Shown: piece by piece, positions 51,601-63,016 of the stretch | Layout of the letters: the number at the start of each line of letters is the position of its first letter | Numbering within the stretch: the stretch's first letter is position 1 | DNA from: Callorhinchus milii | Lineage: Eukaryota | Direction of reading: 5' to 3' | Length of the DNA stretch: 64,000 nt | NCBI RefSeq assembly: GCF_018977255.1 | Contig: NW_024704743.1 | Span: 32,242,001 to 32,306,000 of the forward strand | Notes under the pieces: model-generated | Database searches by the model: none | Told to the model about the DNA's origin: nothing | What the model saw: only the letters and a program-made list of their open reading frames with translations | Position numbers and translations under genes: made by a program

Positions 51601-53131
51601 TGAGTGGAGAACGAGGCTCAAGCAGTATAATCACAGAAGATGCACATTTTAAGTTTGCTGGTTGCTTCAGGAGGGTGACTGTTCAGTTCAGTTCTATTCC
51701 TGTCCTGTGCTGTGAAATGACAAATTTCAATCCACGATAAAGATGTGTGTTTAAAAATATTATAGCCAACAAATGCAGGTCTTATTCCCTTGAGTTGCTA
51801 GTAGAGTGGAAAATTTAATGTTTGGGGATCGGAGGTCACATTAATAGTGAGTGAAATTGTGGGCGTCAGTTGGAAATTTGGATAAGAAACTCCCTTTACT
51901 GAAGGCTGGTTTGCAGCCGACATTTTTCTTTCTTTCCAACTCCTATTGTCAGAGGTTTTGGGCCTTTTCTCAGTCGGGAAATGATCCGATAGCAAAAAGC
52001 TGGCAACAAACGTGACTTCTGGTTTGTGAACATTGCATTAGCATCCTTAAGGACATTTTGCCAGCATCTGTGGCCACATTGGTATGTACTCAATCCAAGA
52101 AGTGAGTGTCTTTATTGGGAGGATGGCTGAACACACATTGCACAGCTGATCTCAGAGCCATCTTAAAACAGATAACTTTTTGACTAAATGCGATCTTGAT
52201 TCGGAAGCCCCTTTTTGGAAAAAAAACAGAAGAAAAACACGAGCTTCTAAATTAACATAAGATTTAAGAATTTTTTTTCACAAATCTGCACAGTATTAAA
52301 TTGTAGGATAAAATGGCCAAGATCAAGTGTGATTTCAGATCTCTAGTGTCAGATTTTTCTCCACTTTCTTCTAACACTCATTCTAGGCTGACGTTCCAAT
52401 GCAGTGCTGGCGGTGTGCTGCATTTTTGGATGTGCCTTCCTTCAAATGAAATATTAAAATCAAAGTCTTGTCTGCTTGTTTAGGTGAATGGTATATATAA
52501 TAATGATAATAATAATTATCCTTGCATTTGATAAAGCACCTTATCACATCTTTGAGATGTCTTGAAGTGCTTCGCAGATTATGCTGTAAAGTGTAGTGAC
52601 TGTGTGTTTTGTGAGCGAAACGTTAAAGATCTTATGACAGCATTAAGCGAATAGAGCTTCTCCCATTTCTTGGTGTCTTTGCAAACATTCCGCAAACAAA
52701 ATTAATTATTCACTTCACGGTTGCTTGTGGGACATTGCTGTGCACAAATTGGATGTTGCGTTTCACCTACAAAAATACACAGCCTATTCACTTTACAGTA
52801 TATCCTGTGAAGCACTTTGAGATGTCCTCCCTACATGAAAGGTGCTGTATGAAATGCAAAGATGATTATCATAATACTGGTGTGCAATATATATGTATAA
52901 ATATGACAGTAAATTGTATTTTAATCCAAGAGCTGCCCATTAAATGTGTTTTGTTATATAATCCTGGAGTTAATGGTGGTGTAATTTCAGTGCATGCTTT
53001 TTTTTTTATCTCTTTCCCCCACCCCTTTTCTGATAAAAGCAAATGTTAAAGAAGTACATTCAGTAGTTAATTAAAATGCCCCAAAGGTGATTTCTGCTTG
53101 TAATATAGTGTTTCATTTCTTTCCTCCTCAG

Positions 53132-53243
53132 ATCTCTTACCACCCTGGGGTTAGTTATTTCTGCATTGGCTGATAAAGTAGGAGGGAAGAGCAAAAACAA
53201 GTTTGTGCCTTACAGAGACTCTGTGCTCACCTGGCTTCTCAAG
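53132..53243 (+). CDS. KIF13A: KIF13A-like motor exon, [37 protein letters not shown]
   Basis: cctcag acceptor, gtattg donor, 112 nt. Contains the loop-12 lysine cluster and VPYRDS.LTWLLK. Confidence 0.97.
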
Positions 53244-53626
53244 GTATTGATGAGGAAAAGCTAAGACTTTGTACAGAAAATATAAATGGTTATAAATATA
53301 ACTGTATATTAAACAATAATAGAGACTGACCTTTTTTCTTCTGTATTTGCCAGTCAGTAAGCACTGTCTTGAAATGGCTTTGGAATAGTTTCCACCAAAA
53401 TTTCACAGTACAAAACTGCCCACAAATAGCACTAAATTGGCAATCACATTCGCTCGTCCAATGAAGTATTGGTGAGGAGGGCTCTTCTGGATTTGGGAAT
53501 TAAGGTGTGCTTTAGAGTGTGTTTTGCACTACATCTGGGCATGCTATGGAGATAAACATGTTTGTCATGTTTTAAATTGGTGTATTTTCCTCCCCTGAAA
53601 TTATGACTTTAATCTCTATTAGTATA

Positions 53627-53786
53627 TAGTCAAACCCATCTTCAACAACCACTGGACCAAAGTGGCCTTTATATAAGGGAGGTCTCTGAGTAAGGGTTCG
53701 TTGGTGTGCAAGCTGGGCTGTCCGACGGTGGTTGTTAAGAGGGGATGATTGCTGAATCAAGGTGACTGCTTGAACAGATTTGACTA
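53627..53786. mobile_element. Tc1/mariner-type MITE (160 bp)
   Basis: TA|TAGTCAAACC...GATTTGACTA|TA: degenerate terminal inverted repeats flanked by TA, with internal degenerate GGTGG-like repeats. Confidence 0.7.
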
Positions 53787-54751
53787 TAATATGGTTCTTT
53801 TCTTACAAAAATATATTCTCTTCCTTTGTGCTTGATATAATTAAGATAGTCACAGTGACTTAAATTGACATTCGGCAAATGTCAGTGAATCCTATGCTTG
53901 TGTCCAGTCGTGCTAGTATTTAGATGTTTTGCTGCTTCATGTACATCTGGATTGGTCTGGTGTGCCGCCCACTTCCCTCCAGCCCCCCCAAAATTGAAAT
54001 AGACTTCATATCCTCCTGCCAAACATCTGGATTCCAATGCAAGAGAAACATCTGTTGCACTGACCACCTACTTTAACCGTATAAAGTGTTCTTGTGCTTT
54101 CTTGACTTGTAATCAGGCAGTGTCATCCGTGATCGGTCAACATTGTCTGCACCAGGTACTGTTTTGACCAGCAAGATGCTTACAAGCCAAGCATGTCTGT
54201 AATGAGAACACTTTCCCCACAGACACCATCTGTTATTCATGAAAGCCACTCACTTGGGCTTGCTAATGAACTACTCCCCAGTAGAGAGAGGAAGCTCCAC
54301 AGACTGGTGTAGCAAGAGAGTTAACAGAATGCTCCGGAGTACATTTCCAGATGGATTGGAGCTTTGTTCCTAAGTGCCAATTGGGAAGAACACAAGAGTT
54401 GTGTTGTGTTCATGGTTTACCAGCTACAAAGCCAGGCTCCCCTGAATGTAGAAAACCAATGCAGCGTTCTGGCCAGCTAGTTGGGCATGCGTTCACTGGC
54501 TGGAGCTACTGAGCAACGTCTGAACTCTCTGTTCCATCTCCTTGTGTTTGGAGTGAGGGCAGTTTTACTTGTAGGTTTATACTTAAGTATTAAAAAAAAT
54601 TATGGAAGATGTAAGAAACAATAATAACAATCGTTGCATTTGATATAGCACCTTATGTTGTTGAGACATTTCAAAGCACTTCACAGAATACATTGTAAAG
54701 TGGATTGACTGTGTATTTTGTGGGCAAAATGAATCAAACAGCTAGGTCACC

Positions 54752-54785
54752 TCTCTCTTCCCTCTCTCTCTCTCTCTCTCTCTCT
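54752..54785. repeat. (CT)n microsatellite
   Basis: Read directly from the sequence. Confidence 0.9.
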
Positions 54786-54901
54786 GTTTCTCAGTCTGGT
54801 CTTGTTACTCCCTGGCCAGAACTTCACTAATTAAGTAAATTCAGATCTTGACAAAGACTTTTGATCTTACTGACTTCTGTTGGAGCTTCAAAGGACTAAT
54901 T

Positions 54902-55240
54902 CAACAACAACAAAGCGTGCACCTATATAGCACATTAGTGTCTCAGCTAGTGTCTCAGAGCGCTTAACAGTGGGGACCCTGACTCCGAGCCAGGAGTAAT
55001 GGGGAGGTGGCCGTAAGCACGGTCGAACAGGGAAATCTTCAGGCAGGACTTGAGAGAGGGGGCAAGGCAGAGGGAATAAGGGAGAGTGTTCCAGAGTTTT
55101 GGGGCATAGTGGGTGAAATCATGACCTCTGATGGTGGGGAGAAGGATGTGAGGGACGAGCAGGAGGCCGTTGCCAGTCAAGCAGAGGCGCCGGTAGTGGA
55201 CTGGGGAGTGAGGAGGTCTGTGAAAGAACTTGGCCATTGT
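54902..55240 (-). mobile_element. Degenerate L2 3' fragment
   Basis: Encodes APKLWNTLPYSL...LKISLFDRAYG; (TTG)n tail. Confidence 0.8.
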
Positions 55241-55631
55241 ATTTGGCTATCTTAACTTTCAATGTGTTCACACCTGAACGTGACCAGCTGAAAGACCATG
55301 TTCTCTCAGCCAACTTCTCCTACATCTTGTAGCCGCTGCTGTTGACTGCTGGATATGTTTTTATACACATAGTGACCGACAACTTTCAATTTAGAAAACT
55401 GTCACAGGTACCTTATGTTTAGCTTTTTACTAATTGCAGGAAACATGATATATGAATGCTATTCATAATGTAGAAAAACACATTAAAGCTTTTAATAAAT
55501 GTAGAAACAATGAGGTTTGGTTTCCACCACATGCATATTTTATTCCCAGCAGGATGTGCAATTGTCCACTTGTGATTTGAGGTTAATTTGGGAATTATTA
55601 CTATCACTGAACTTTTAAACCTCTGAAACAG

Positions 55632-55844
55632 GATAACTTGGGAGGAAACAGTAAAACCGCCATGATAGCCACCATTAGCCCCTCCGGGGACAACTACGAA
55701 GAAACATTGTCCACACTGAGGTACGCAGACCGGGCAAAGCGAATCGTCAACCACGCAGTGGTTAATGAAGATCCAAATGCCAAGATCATCCGAGAGCTAC
55801 GTGAAGAGGTGGAGAAACTTAAGGAGCAGCTGAACCAGGCAGAG
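55632..55844 (+). CDS. KIF13A: KIF13A-like motor end and neck, [17 protein letters not shown]...[13 protein letters not shown]...[27 protein letters not shown]
   Basis: aacag acceptor, gtaaga donor, 213 nt. Contains [15 protein letters not shown] and the kinesin-3 neck coil. Visible in ORF 55638..55871. Confidence 0.97.
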
Positions 55845-55874
55845 GTAAGAGCTCGGAATAAACTGTTCTGAGGC

Positions 55875-56255
55875 TCCCAGGCTCACACCAGTGGTTCAGT
55901 GAGTAGACATTGTGGAAAGTGGATTGAACCAAACAGAGCAGGAAAGCTTTATGTTGAGTTCCCATATTAATGGATTTCATCCATGCAGAGCAGCTACAAC
56001 TGGCATTTCTGGGTTAAAGAGGGAAACATTCTGTCTGAGTGACTGCTCCTGACCTCTATTCAAAGACTGCCCCCTCCCCCCTACCTCAGCCTTGATGGAA
56101 TATACACATGTGTAGATATTAGATGATCAGCAGAGATTTCTACTGTGCAGGACATCACATTTGAGCTCAGCTGAACAGTGAGGTCCTTCACTGCAGAAAA
56201 ATCTCTGCTGATGCTCACCGTCTATCTCAGCTCGCATGTAAAGAGTGCCAGGCAG
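55875..56255 (+). repeat. Ancient degenerate SINE-like repeat; related fragments near 19385-19520, 42780-42925 and 62850-63015
   Basis: Shared degenerate words (tagctgatctca, ctgggt.agggaggg..aaaa, ctgctgacactca). Family identity is not certain. Confidence 0.45.
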
Positions 56256-58768
56256 TGCAAACTTTCTTACCTTGCTTGTGTTTTTATTGTTGTCAACTCT
56301 GGATTCTCTCTGGAAGCTTGCAACACTTAATTTAGAATTGGAAGCATAGCTTCAACATGAATTGAGCATACCCTCAGCACTGTAGCTCTGAAAGGATTTC
56401 ATGTAATCGTGTCTTGCTTTTGCTTTTATGCTCTTATTTGTCATACTTTCATTCCTTGTGTGTGATGAAATGCAGCAATTAAGGAGCTTGATCCTCCCCT
56501 GTTCTGCACAACTGCAGCTGTTAATGGTGCCAGTGTCCAGCAGTCACTCAGAAACAGTGCAGGACCCAGTTCTGCCTGAGTTGCATTCCCAAGTTCCTGA
56601 GGACAGATTCATTTCGTGCAGAAACCATAGTGTCTCACGAGGAAGACCATAACAACTGGGGAGGTAAAAACCCCTCTGTGCTTGCCCCCATATAACTCTT
56701 TCCCTTGAGGCATTGGTCTCGTGCTGTGGTTCTGGTGTAATTTAATCGAACACTGAAAACTCTTAATGTCCATTCCATTCATCGTTTTTTTTGGTCACTC
56801 ATTAAAAAGTTGTAATTTTTGTTTAAAAAGAAATGAACAGTATCAATTATACCAACTAAACTAACCTGGGACTCCTGCAAGGTTATGTATTCTTGTTCGT
56901 ATATATTTTAAACAAAGTTTATTTTTATGACAATAATTGCAAAACTAAGTTGGTTTAAAGACTAGGTATTCAAGAGAGTTTTCGATTGTCAGCACTCTCA
57001 CCTCTGAGATCAAAGGTTGTGGGTTCAAGCCTATCATGGGAACTGTGAGCTCATACAGTCTAGGCTGAAACTCCAATGCAGTGGGCATATGTTACATTGT
57101 AGGAGGGGAGGTCCTTCATTATAGAGATGAGGTCCTTTGATTGAGAAAATAAACTGAAGTCACATTTGCCTGTTCAGGTGGATGTTTAAAAATCCCACTG
57201 CACTATTTAAAAAGAGAAGGGGATTTCTTCTGGTCCATTGCCTTAGCCAATAATCCCCCAGGTAAAATTATTCAGCCACTTTATGGTTGTTTATGGGACA
57301 TTACTGTGCACTGTCAATCTAACAATTCCCAATGGCTTGGCGCAGAGCTCGATTATGCGGTGCCAACACACAGGGCAATCTCAGAGTACCATACCGTACA
57401 TCAGTGTGTGACTGTGAAAGCGTAGTATGCTTTAATGGTTGATAACTAGATGAGGCTATTTGAAGGCTTATCTCTCTAGAGGGTCGAATTTTAATGTGTT
57501 CCTCCAGATCAGCTGAACTGGCAGTAGTCTTACACCTGTGACCCTCTTACAGTCCCATGGGTGGCTGCAGTCCACTCTGCCTTTTCAAATGTTTCTGAGC
57601 TCATAGACATGTAACAGAATGCCAGGACCCAGGAATGAGGTGGATTTGTGGTAGGAATGGCATGCGGCTAGAGACAGGGAGGGTTCCAGTCTACACTGTC
57701 CTATCCCTCAGCACACAAGAGGAAGTCAGCTTCACAGCAGGCACATCTCCTTGCCAAGCCCCTGCCCCCCGCCATGAGGTCCTGGATTAAGCAGTTGGTG
57801 TTAAGTAAACTTAGACTGCCAGAATAGCAAGGTGGTGGCACATCTCCCACTATTGCATAAGTCCTTCCACCATGCTGAAGGCAGATATCCATTAAATAGC
57901 TGATGAGGAAATTGTAACGAGACAACTAAGGCTTGACATCACCTGGTTTGTGCTGGTTTGTGAACACACGTTCATATTTCCAAAGCTTGCAATGCACCTT
58001 GATTGTTATGCAGAGAGTTAAGCAGATGTTGCTCAAGCTCTACACCTCCAACTGGTGGAACCATCGCCAGTGGTTAGGGGTGTGTCTCCAAACAGTGGGC
58101 AGGAAGATTTCACGTACATTTCATGCTGAGCCATGCCTCTCACCAGGAAATTTGCAGAGAGGTGTTGACATCTGCTATTTATTTGCACTCGTTGGATGTC
58201 AAATGTCCAAATAGTGACTATCTTCCTTGATGGGAAAACAGGATTAATCTCCTTGGGATAGAGCTGGCTCCAAGGTGAAATGCATTGCAGCGGAATATCA
58301 GAATCTTGTCAATCATTTGTGGCGGTCTCTGTGATCCTATTCCTGAGCCAGCTATATCTGTAGTACTTCAGAGAACTGCTGATGACAGACCAACCAGCCT
58401 GAATCATTGGCAGGGCTTGGGACCAGGAATTCTCCCCACTCGGCTCCCTGCAAACCAAAGCCCTAATGGATAGAGTAGGTCCTAGCTGATCAGGCAGTGG
58501 GAAGCTTGCCAGTTATTGTTTGTAATGACACGTTTTAATGGCAGTTTTAGCTGGTTAAACTCTTGAGTTCGGAATATGTATATGTGAACTCTGGTTTGGT
58601 TACCCTTAAACATGATGATGAGTTTGTGTGTGTGTCAGACAGCGAGCTGACTTAAGAACAAACTACTGAAGAACACAGCACTGTTAGGGTAATAGTTGCT
58701 GTTTTTGGAAATTAGAGACTTGTTTTTTAAATTGTAGATCAATAAAATTGCATCAACAACAAATTACA

Positions 58769-61700
58769 ACAACAACAACAACAAGATTCCATTTATAAAG
58801 CGCCTTTCACGTCAGGAGGACGTCCCAAGGCGCTGCACAGTTGGGTCATGACCCGAGCAGAGGGGAAATGGTCAGGGTGAGGGGACGGAAGGGAGGGAGC
58901 GAGGAGGGGGAAGAGAGTCGAGAGGGGAGCTGAAGGCACGGTCAAAGAGAAAGGTTTTGAGACCGGCCTTGAAGGAGGAGAGGGAGGAGGCGGCGAAGGC
59001 ACTGGGGGATAGAGTTCCAGAGCCTCGGGGCTGAGAGGCTGAAGGCCCGGCCACCGATGGTAGGGCGGTTGGGGCGGGGGACGTGGAGCAGACCGGAGCC
59101 AGAGGAACGGAGGGTACGGGCAGGTAGGTAGGGGGATAGTAGGTTGGAGAGGTAGGAGGGAGCAAGGCCGTGAATGGCCTTGTAGGTGAGGATGAGGATC
59201 TTGAAATCAATCCTCTGGGGGATGGGGAGCCAGTGGAGGCGAGCGAGGGTGGGAGTGATGTGGTCCCGAAGCCTGGTGCGGGACAGTACACGAGCTGCAG
59301 AGTTCTGAATGACCTGCAGCTTGTGGAGGGAGGTGGCGGGAAGGCCGGCGAGGAGAGAGTTCCCATAGTCCAGCCTTGAGGTGACAAAGGCGTGGACCAG
59401 GGTTTCAGCAGCGTGAGGGGTGAGGTAATGCCGTAGTCTGGCGATGTTCCGGAGGTGATGGAAGGCGGTGCCAGTTGTGGTGCGGATGTGAGGGAGAAAG
59501 GACAGCTCAGGGTCGAACAAAACGCCGAGGTTCCTGACTGGCTTTGAGAGGTGGAGAGTGCAGCCTTGGATGCTGATGGTGTCAGCGCCTGAGGTGCGGA
59601 GGCGCTGACGTGAGCCAATCAGGAGGGCCTCGGTTTTTCGCACGTTGAGCTGAAGAAAGTTGTCTCTCGTCCAGGACTCGATGTCGGACAGGCAGGCTGT
59701 CAGGACATCGGTGGTCGTGGAGTTGAGAGTAGAGGAGGAAAGGTAGAGTTGGGTGTCATCCGCATACATGTGGAAGTTAACTCCATGTCTGCGGATGATG
59801 TCACCAGGGGGAGCATATAGAGGGTGAAGAGGAGGGGACCGAGGACAGAGCCCTGAGGGACACCACATGAGACAGTGCGGGGGGTGGAGGAGAAGCCATT
59901 CGTCGAGACAAAGTGAAGACGGTGAGAAAGGTACGACCTAAACCATTCAAGGACAGTGCCTTGAAGGTTGAGGTGGGAGGACAAGCGGTGGAGTAGGATA
60001 GCGTGGTCGACCGTATCGAATGCTGCCGATAGGTCGAGGAGGACGAGGAGGCAGAGGGAGCCCTGGTCACAGATGGTCAGGATATCATTGGTGACCTTGA
60101 CCAGGGCAGTTTCTGTGCTATGGGCAGCACGGAAACCTGACTGAAGGGGTTCGAAAAGAGAATGGGTGGAAAGGAAAGAGCGCAGTTGGGAGGCGACAAC
60201 TCTTTCCAAGACCTTGGAGAGAAAGGGGAGGTTGGAGATGGGCCGGTAGCTTGATAGCTGCGACGCATCAAGGGAGGGTTTTTTCAGGGTGGGCGTGATG
60301 GTGGCAGTATTTAATGGAATGGGGACAGAGCCAGAGGAGAGGGACAGGTTGATGTCAGTGATATGTGGGGCAAGAAAGTGGAGCTGGGAGATAAGGAGTG
60401 GAGTGGGGATGGGGTCAAGGGAGCAGGTGGTTGGTTTTAGGGATAGGATGAGTTCAGTGACAGAGGGTGGGGAAACGGGTACGAAAGTGTGTAGGGGAGG
60501 ATGGGTAGGAGTCGGAGTGTGGGAGGGAGGGGGTGGGGGGTTGGTGGATGTTGGAGGGGAAGTGACCGCGGAGCGGATTCCCTTGATCTTGGATTCAAGG
60601 AAATCCAGCATCTCCTCGCAGTGAAGGTTGGAGGAGATGACCTGCGCGGGGTGGCGGGGGGGACGGAGGAGTCGGGTTGTGGTGGAAAACAGTAGCCTGG
60701 GGTTGTTCTTCGCCTCCAGGATTATCCTGGAGTAGAAGGACGACTTGGCCGAGGCTAGAGTGGAGCGGTAAATTTTGAGGAGGTCCAGCCAGATTTGTCG
60801 GTGGACCGTTAGGCCAGATTTGACACAGGTGCGTTCAGCAGCCCGCACCTGGCTTTTCAGTGAGCGGAGGTGGGTGGTGTACCAGGGGGAGGAGCGGGAG
60901 TAGGAGACAGTGCGGGAAGTGATGGGGGCAAGAGTATCGAGTGTGGAGGAGAGGGTATTGTGGAGGAGGGAGAGAGGAGAAGAGGGGTCGGTGAGGGTTG
61001 AAGGCCAGAGGGAGAGGAGTTCAGAGGACTCCAAGGCATCGGTTAGGGATTGTGGGGGTAACTTCTTCCAAGGGCGGTAGAAGATGGTGGTGGGTCTGGT
61101 GGAGGTGGGGAGGGGGGTGGAGGTGGTGAAGGAGATGAAGTAGTGGTCAGAGATGGCCTTGTCGGTAATAGTGACATCCGAGACACTGAGGCCCCGGGTG
61201 ATCACCAAATCGAGTGGGTGGCCGTGACTGTGAGTGGGGGAGTTTATGTGTAAGGAAGGTTGAGTGAGGAGAGCAGGGAAGAGAAGTCTGTGGAGATGGA
61301 GCAGGAGGGGGTGAAGTGTAGGTTAAAGTCGCCCAGGATGATGAGGCGATCAGAGCAGAGGCAAAGAGATGTGAGGAGTGTTGAAATGTCAGAGATGAAG
61401 GTGGGAGAGGTTTTAGGGGGCCGGTAGAGGAGGAGGATTTTAAGGGAGAGGAATGAGGGGTGGGAGAGGGTGAGGTGCTCAAAGGAGGGGAAAGAGCCAG
61501 TGGAGTAGGGGATAGGGCAAGTGGTGTCCTTGAGATAAGGGCAACACCACCGCCACGGCGGTTGGGGCGGGGGATGTGGTGGGAGGTGTAGCCGGGTGGT
61601 GTGGCCTCCGTGAGGGGGAAGGTGTCGCCTGGGGTGAGCCAGGTTTCTGTTAAGGCCATGATATCAACGTTCTCATCAAGGATGAGATCGTTGATGACCA

Positions 61701-62383
61701 GGGCCTTGTTGCAGAGGGAGCGGACATTTTGCAGTCCGATGTGGAGGGAGCGGTTGACAGAAGGGTGTGTGGGAGGGGAGGGGGGTCCAGGTTGTGAGGC
61801 AGGGGTGGGGGGAATGGGGATGAGGGAGGAGAGGTTGACTCCCCGGGTCTGTGTCCGGGGTGGCTGGCGAGTGTGGTGGGGAATGGGGCAGTCGGTGTGG
61901 CTGCTGCTGGACAGCCAACGCCGAGTGCCGCGGTGAGCCCGGCGGAGGATTCCCAGGCTGGAGCAGAGGGAGGTTGTGGGAGGGTCAAGTGGGGATAGAA
62001 GACGAGAGGGACGGAGAGAGAGGAGGAGAGCGCGGGAGAGATGCAGAGGGGGGAGGGTTTGGGGGGAGAGAGGAGGGGGGCGGGAGGGAGGGGGTGAGGG
62101 GGCTCGGGTCAAAGCGGCAGCCATAGTGCGCACGCGGGGACCGGGAGCGAGCGGTCAGGTGGATGGCATTATCCCGTAGATTGGGGCAGCGAACCCAACA
62201 GGACCAGAGTGGGCTCTGATGTGGGCCCTGGGGGGGGGGGGCGCGGCGCAGAGGGTTTTTTTTTGTTGCGCACGCACCTGAAAACTAATCTATGACGTCA
62301 GCAGTTCCCCCGCTCCGCCCAACCCCGAGCTGATCTCGCTCCGGCGTCGAGTTTAAATACCTGGGTCAGTAGGCCCAGGCTCC
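58769..62383 (-). mobile_element. Apparently full-length L2-clade non-LTR retrotransposon (about 3.6 kb, single ORF), with frameshifts
   Basis: GC-rich 5' UTR, then endonuclease and reverse transcriptase coding segments, a 3' end ...GGGACGTCCTCCTGACGTGAAAGGCGCTTTATAAATGG and a (TTG)n tail. Flanked by TTACA at 58764-58768 and 62384-62388. Confidence 0.93.
58872..62124 (-). pseudogene. L2 APE-endonuclease/reverse-transcriptase ORF, broken into several frames
   Basis: APE motifs GLQNVRSL, ALTETWL, RGGGVALI and ISDHY; RT motifs [51 protein letters not shown] and YADDTQLY. These are spread over ORFs 61147..62133, 59700..61208, 58942..59868 and 58872..59618. Confidence 0.92.
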
Positions 62384-63016
62384 TTACATTTGTATAGCGC
62401 CTTTCATGTCGGGAGGACGTCTCAAAATGCTATCAATCCTATTACTGAAAGGATTCAGTAAAGTGGGACATGAATTTTAAGTAATCTGCAAGTCAGTGGT
62501 TGCACTCAGTATTCAGATCTGTTCATTTAGCTTAATGTCTCTGGAGAAGACTTTTTTTTAGAGCAAAGGACTCCAAGCTATGAAAAGGAAACTGGCGGCT
62601 TCCTGGAGAACCGCTGAAGATTGTTGTTTCTGGTTCTGGGTAGGCATGCTGACCATTTCATAGTGTCTTTGGCAGATTTTGTTTTCAAATTCTAAATCCG
62701 TATGGTCAGCTTTTCTTTGAACATAAACAGAAATTTCGTAAATCCTCCAAATAACAAGCTTTGAAGAAATTATTTGAATAAAACCTAACAACAACAAATT
62801 GCCTTTATATAGTGGTCTTTCATGACAGGAGGGTGTCCCAACATCCAGTAACCAAGTTGATACGGGATAATTTTCTGGTTTGCGCTAATTTAGCTGATCT
62901 CAACCAGTCCTGTTGTAGAGGTTGCTGCAATAGGACTAGAAACCTCCAGGTTAGGGAGGGTTGAAAAATTAGGCAGCATTCTTGCATCACCATATTGAGT
63001 CCTGGAAAATATGCAA

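Noticed and set aside
59170..62179. Plus-strand and alternative-frame ORFs overlapping the L2
   Set aside because: Shadow frames caused by GC-rich, stop-poor L2 coding sequence.
62280..62383. HDV-like self-cleaving ribozyme at the L2 5' end
   Set aside because: Only a simple 6-bp hairpin is visible. I could not build the nested double pseudoknot by eye; a covariance-model search would settle it.
62558..62797. GCTATGAAA (AMK) near 62577 as the next KIF13A exon, and the 79-aa minus-strand ORF here
   Set aside because: The continuation (RKLAASWRTAEDC) does not match the expected AMKAPELKEKL-type coil and there is no good pyrimidine tract. The minus ORF has no recognisable motif.
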